From: Candidatus Methylomirabilis limnetica
GTDB taxonomy: Bacteria; Methylomirabilota; Methylomirabilia; Methylomirabilales; Methylomirabilaceae
Direction: 5' to 3'
Length of the DNA: 32,000 bases
Assembly: GCF_003044035.1 (NCBI RefSeq)
Contig: NZ_NVQC01000016.1
Location: forward strand, 30,001 to 62,000
How positions within the stretch are numbered: the first letter of the stretch is position 1; each line of letters starts with the position of its first letter. Shown here piece by piece: positions 31,188-32,000 of the stretch. The translations under genes were made by a program, and so were the position numbers. Below the pieces are notes generated by a model that saw only the letters and a list, made by a program, of their open reading frames with translations, was not told the origin of the DNA and ran no database searches.

Positions 31188-31886
31188 ATGGAGCTGATCT
31201 GGCAAGGCACCAAGCAGGCCGTCCTGCTGCTTGTTCACGGCGACCCGGAGGTCCTGCAGATTATGCTGCTTTCGCTGCAGGTCTCGGGGACCGCGACCCT
31301 GCTCAGCCTGCTGATAGGCGTCCCGCTTGGCACCGTCTTGGCCCTAGGCCGCTTTCCTGGACGGGGCATCGCCATCAGTCTGGTCAACACCGGGATGGGC
31401 TTGCCGCCGGTAGTGGTCGGCTTATTCGTGAGCATCTTCCTCTGGCGGAGCGGCCCGCTTGGCTTTCTGGAGTTGCTCTACACGCCAACTGCCATGGTCC
31501 TAGCTCAACTCGCCCTCGCCGCCCCGGTCGTCACTGGTCTCACGGTCGCCGCAGTTCAGCAGTTGAACCCGCGACTGCGCATGCAGCTTGTGGGACTCGG
31601 TGCATCGAGACTTCAGGTCGTGTACCTCCTCCTCAAAGAGGCGCGCCTGCCGCTCTTAGCTGCGCTGATGGCCGGCTTCGGTGCGGTCATCTCCGAGATC
31701 GGCGCCTCCATGATGGTGGGCGGCAACATCTACCGGCAGACGCGGGTGCTCACCACTGCCACTGTCTTAGAAACCAGCAGGGGAAATTTCGACATGGCGA
31801 TCGCGCTTTCTCTCCTGCTGATGCTCCTGACCTTTAGCGTGAACGTGACTCTTACCTGGATCCAGCAACGTGGGCGGACACCGTGA
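31188..31886 (+). CDS. tupB: Tungstate ABC transporter permease TupB
   Basis: 232 aa and ~6 TM helices. It is a small ABC permease followed by an overlapping ATPase gene, with the matching TupA encoded upstream in the same locus. Confidence 0.7.
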   Translation: MELIWQGTKQAVLLLVHGDPEVLQIMLLSLQVSGTATLLSLLIGVPLGTVLALGRFPGRGIAISLVNTGMGLPPVVVGLFVSIFLWRSGPLGFLELLYTPTAMVLAQLALAAPVVTGLTVAAVQQLNPRLRMQLVGLGASRLQVVYLLLKEARLPLLAALMAGFGAVISEIGASMMVGGNIYRQTRVLTTATVLETSRGNFDMAIALSLLLMLLTFSVNVTLTWIQQRGRTP

Positions 31887-32000
31887 GCGGGCCGATACTC
31901 TGCATCGAGAGGGTCAAGGTCACATACGACGGCAGGCTCATCCTTGACGCGCCGTCATTTGAGGTCCAGGAGGGACAGACTCTGGCCGTCATCGGCCCAA
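31883..32000 (+). CDS. tupC: ABC transporter ATP-binding protein, probable TupC (5' part only; runs off the window)
   Basis: The GTG start overlaps the tupB stop (GTGA). VSGPILCIERVKVTYDGRLILDAPSFEVQEGQTLAVIGP leads into a Walker A motif at the window edge. Confidence 0.65.
   Translation, partial: MSGPILCIERVKVTYDGRLILDAPSFEVQEGQTLAVIGP

Overview
High-GC segment (about 60% by eye) from a diderm bacterium. It reads as an uptake and detoxification island for tetrahedral oxyanions, interrupted by mobile-element debris. No database search was run; every family call comes from motif recognition in the supplied translations and from my own reading of the DNA.

Gene content, left to right:
- 1-1268: a graveyard holding a DUF47 gene fragment, an IS91 transposase fragment, and a 5'-truncated IS3 copy whose transposase carries an in-frame amber codon.
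- 1270-1935: an AT-richer stretch with no convincing ORF.
- 2236-4836: azoR-like flavoprotein and a GH15 glycoside hydrolase.
- 4922-5326: a chimeric UvrD-N-terminus/TatC-C-terminus ORF.
- 5365-15000, minus strand: a Pho-type block. In transcription order it is a Pho-box promoter, a 72-aa protein, a STAS protein, an OprO/P-type porin, a second Pho-box promoter, pstS, long-form pstC, long-form pstA, pstB, and an unusual PhoU-DUF47 fusion.
- 15197-17708: a junkyard with a duplicated secreted-protein gene, an H+-PPase fragment, and an AbrB/VapC toxin-antitoxin pair.
- 17925-20089: a decayed integron-like locus with an intI C-terminal remnant, an attI-like repeat cluster, two cassettes separated by an attC-like site, and a RayT-like transposase fragment.
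- 20230-22255: arsR-acr3-arsC.
- 22375-24572: phoB-phoR. The phoR coding sequence contains a palindromic heptamer-repeat insertion.
- 24927-32000: a molybdate/tungstate locus ordered modE-like HTH, mop, tupA, second OprO/P porin paralog, modABC, tupB, tupC (partial).

Three families of REP-like palindromic elements sit in intergenic gaps.

Most interesting candidates: the phosphate-type porin recruited into the Mo/W locus, the PhoU-DUF47 fusion, the integron remnant with an uncharacterised cassette, the Pho-box-driven small-protein/STAS/porin unit, and the in-frame palindrome inside phoR.
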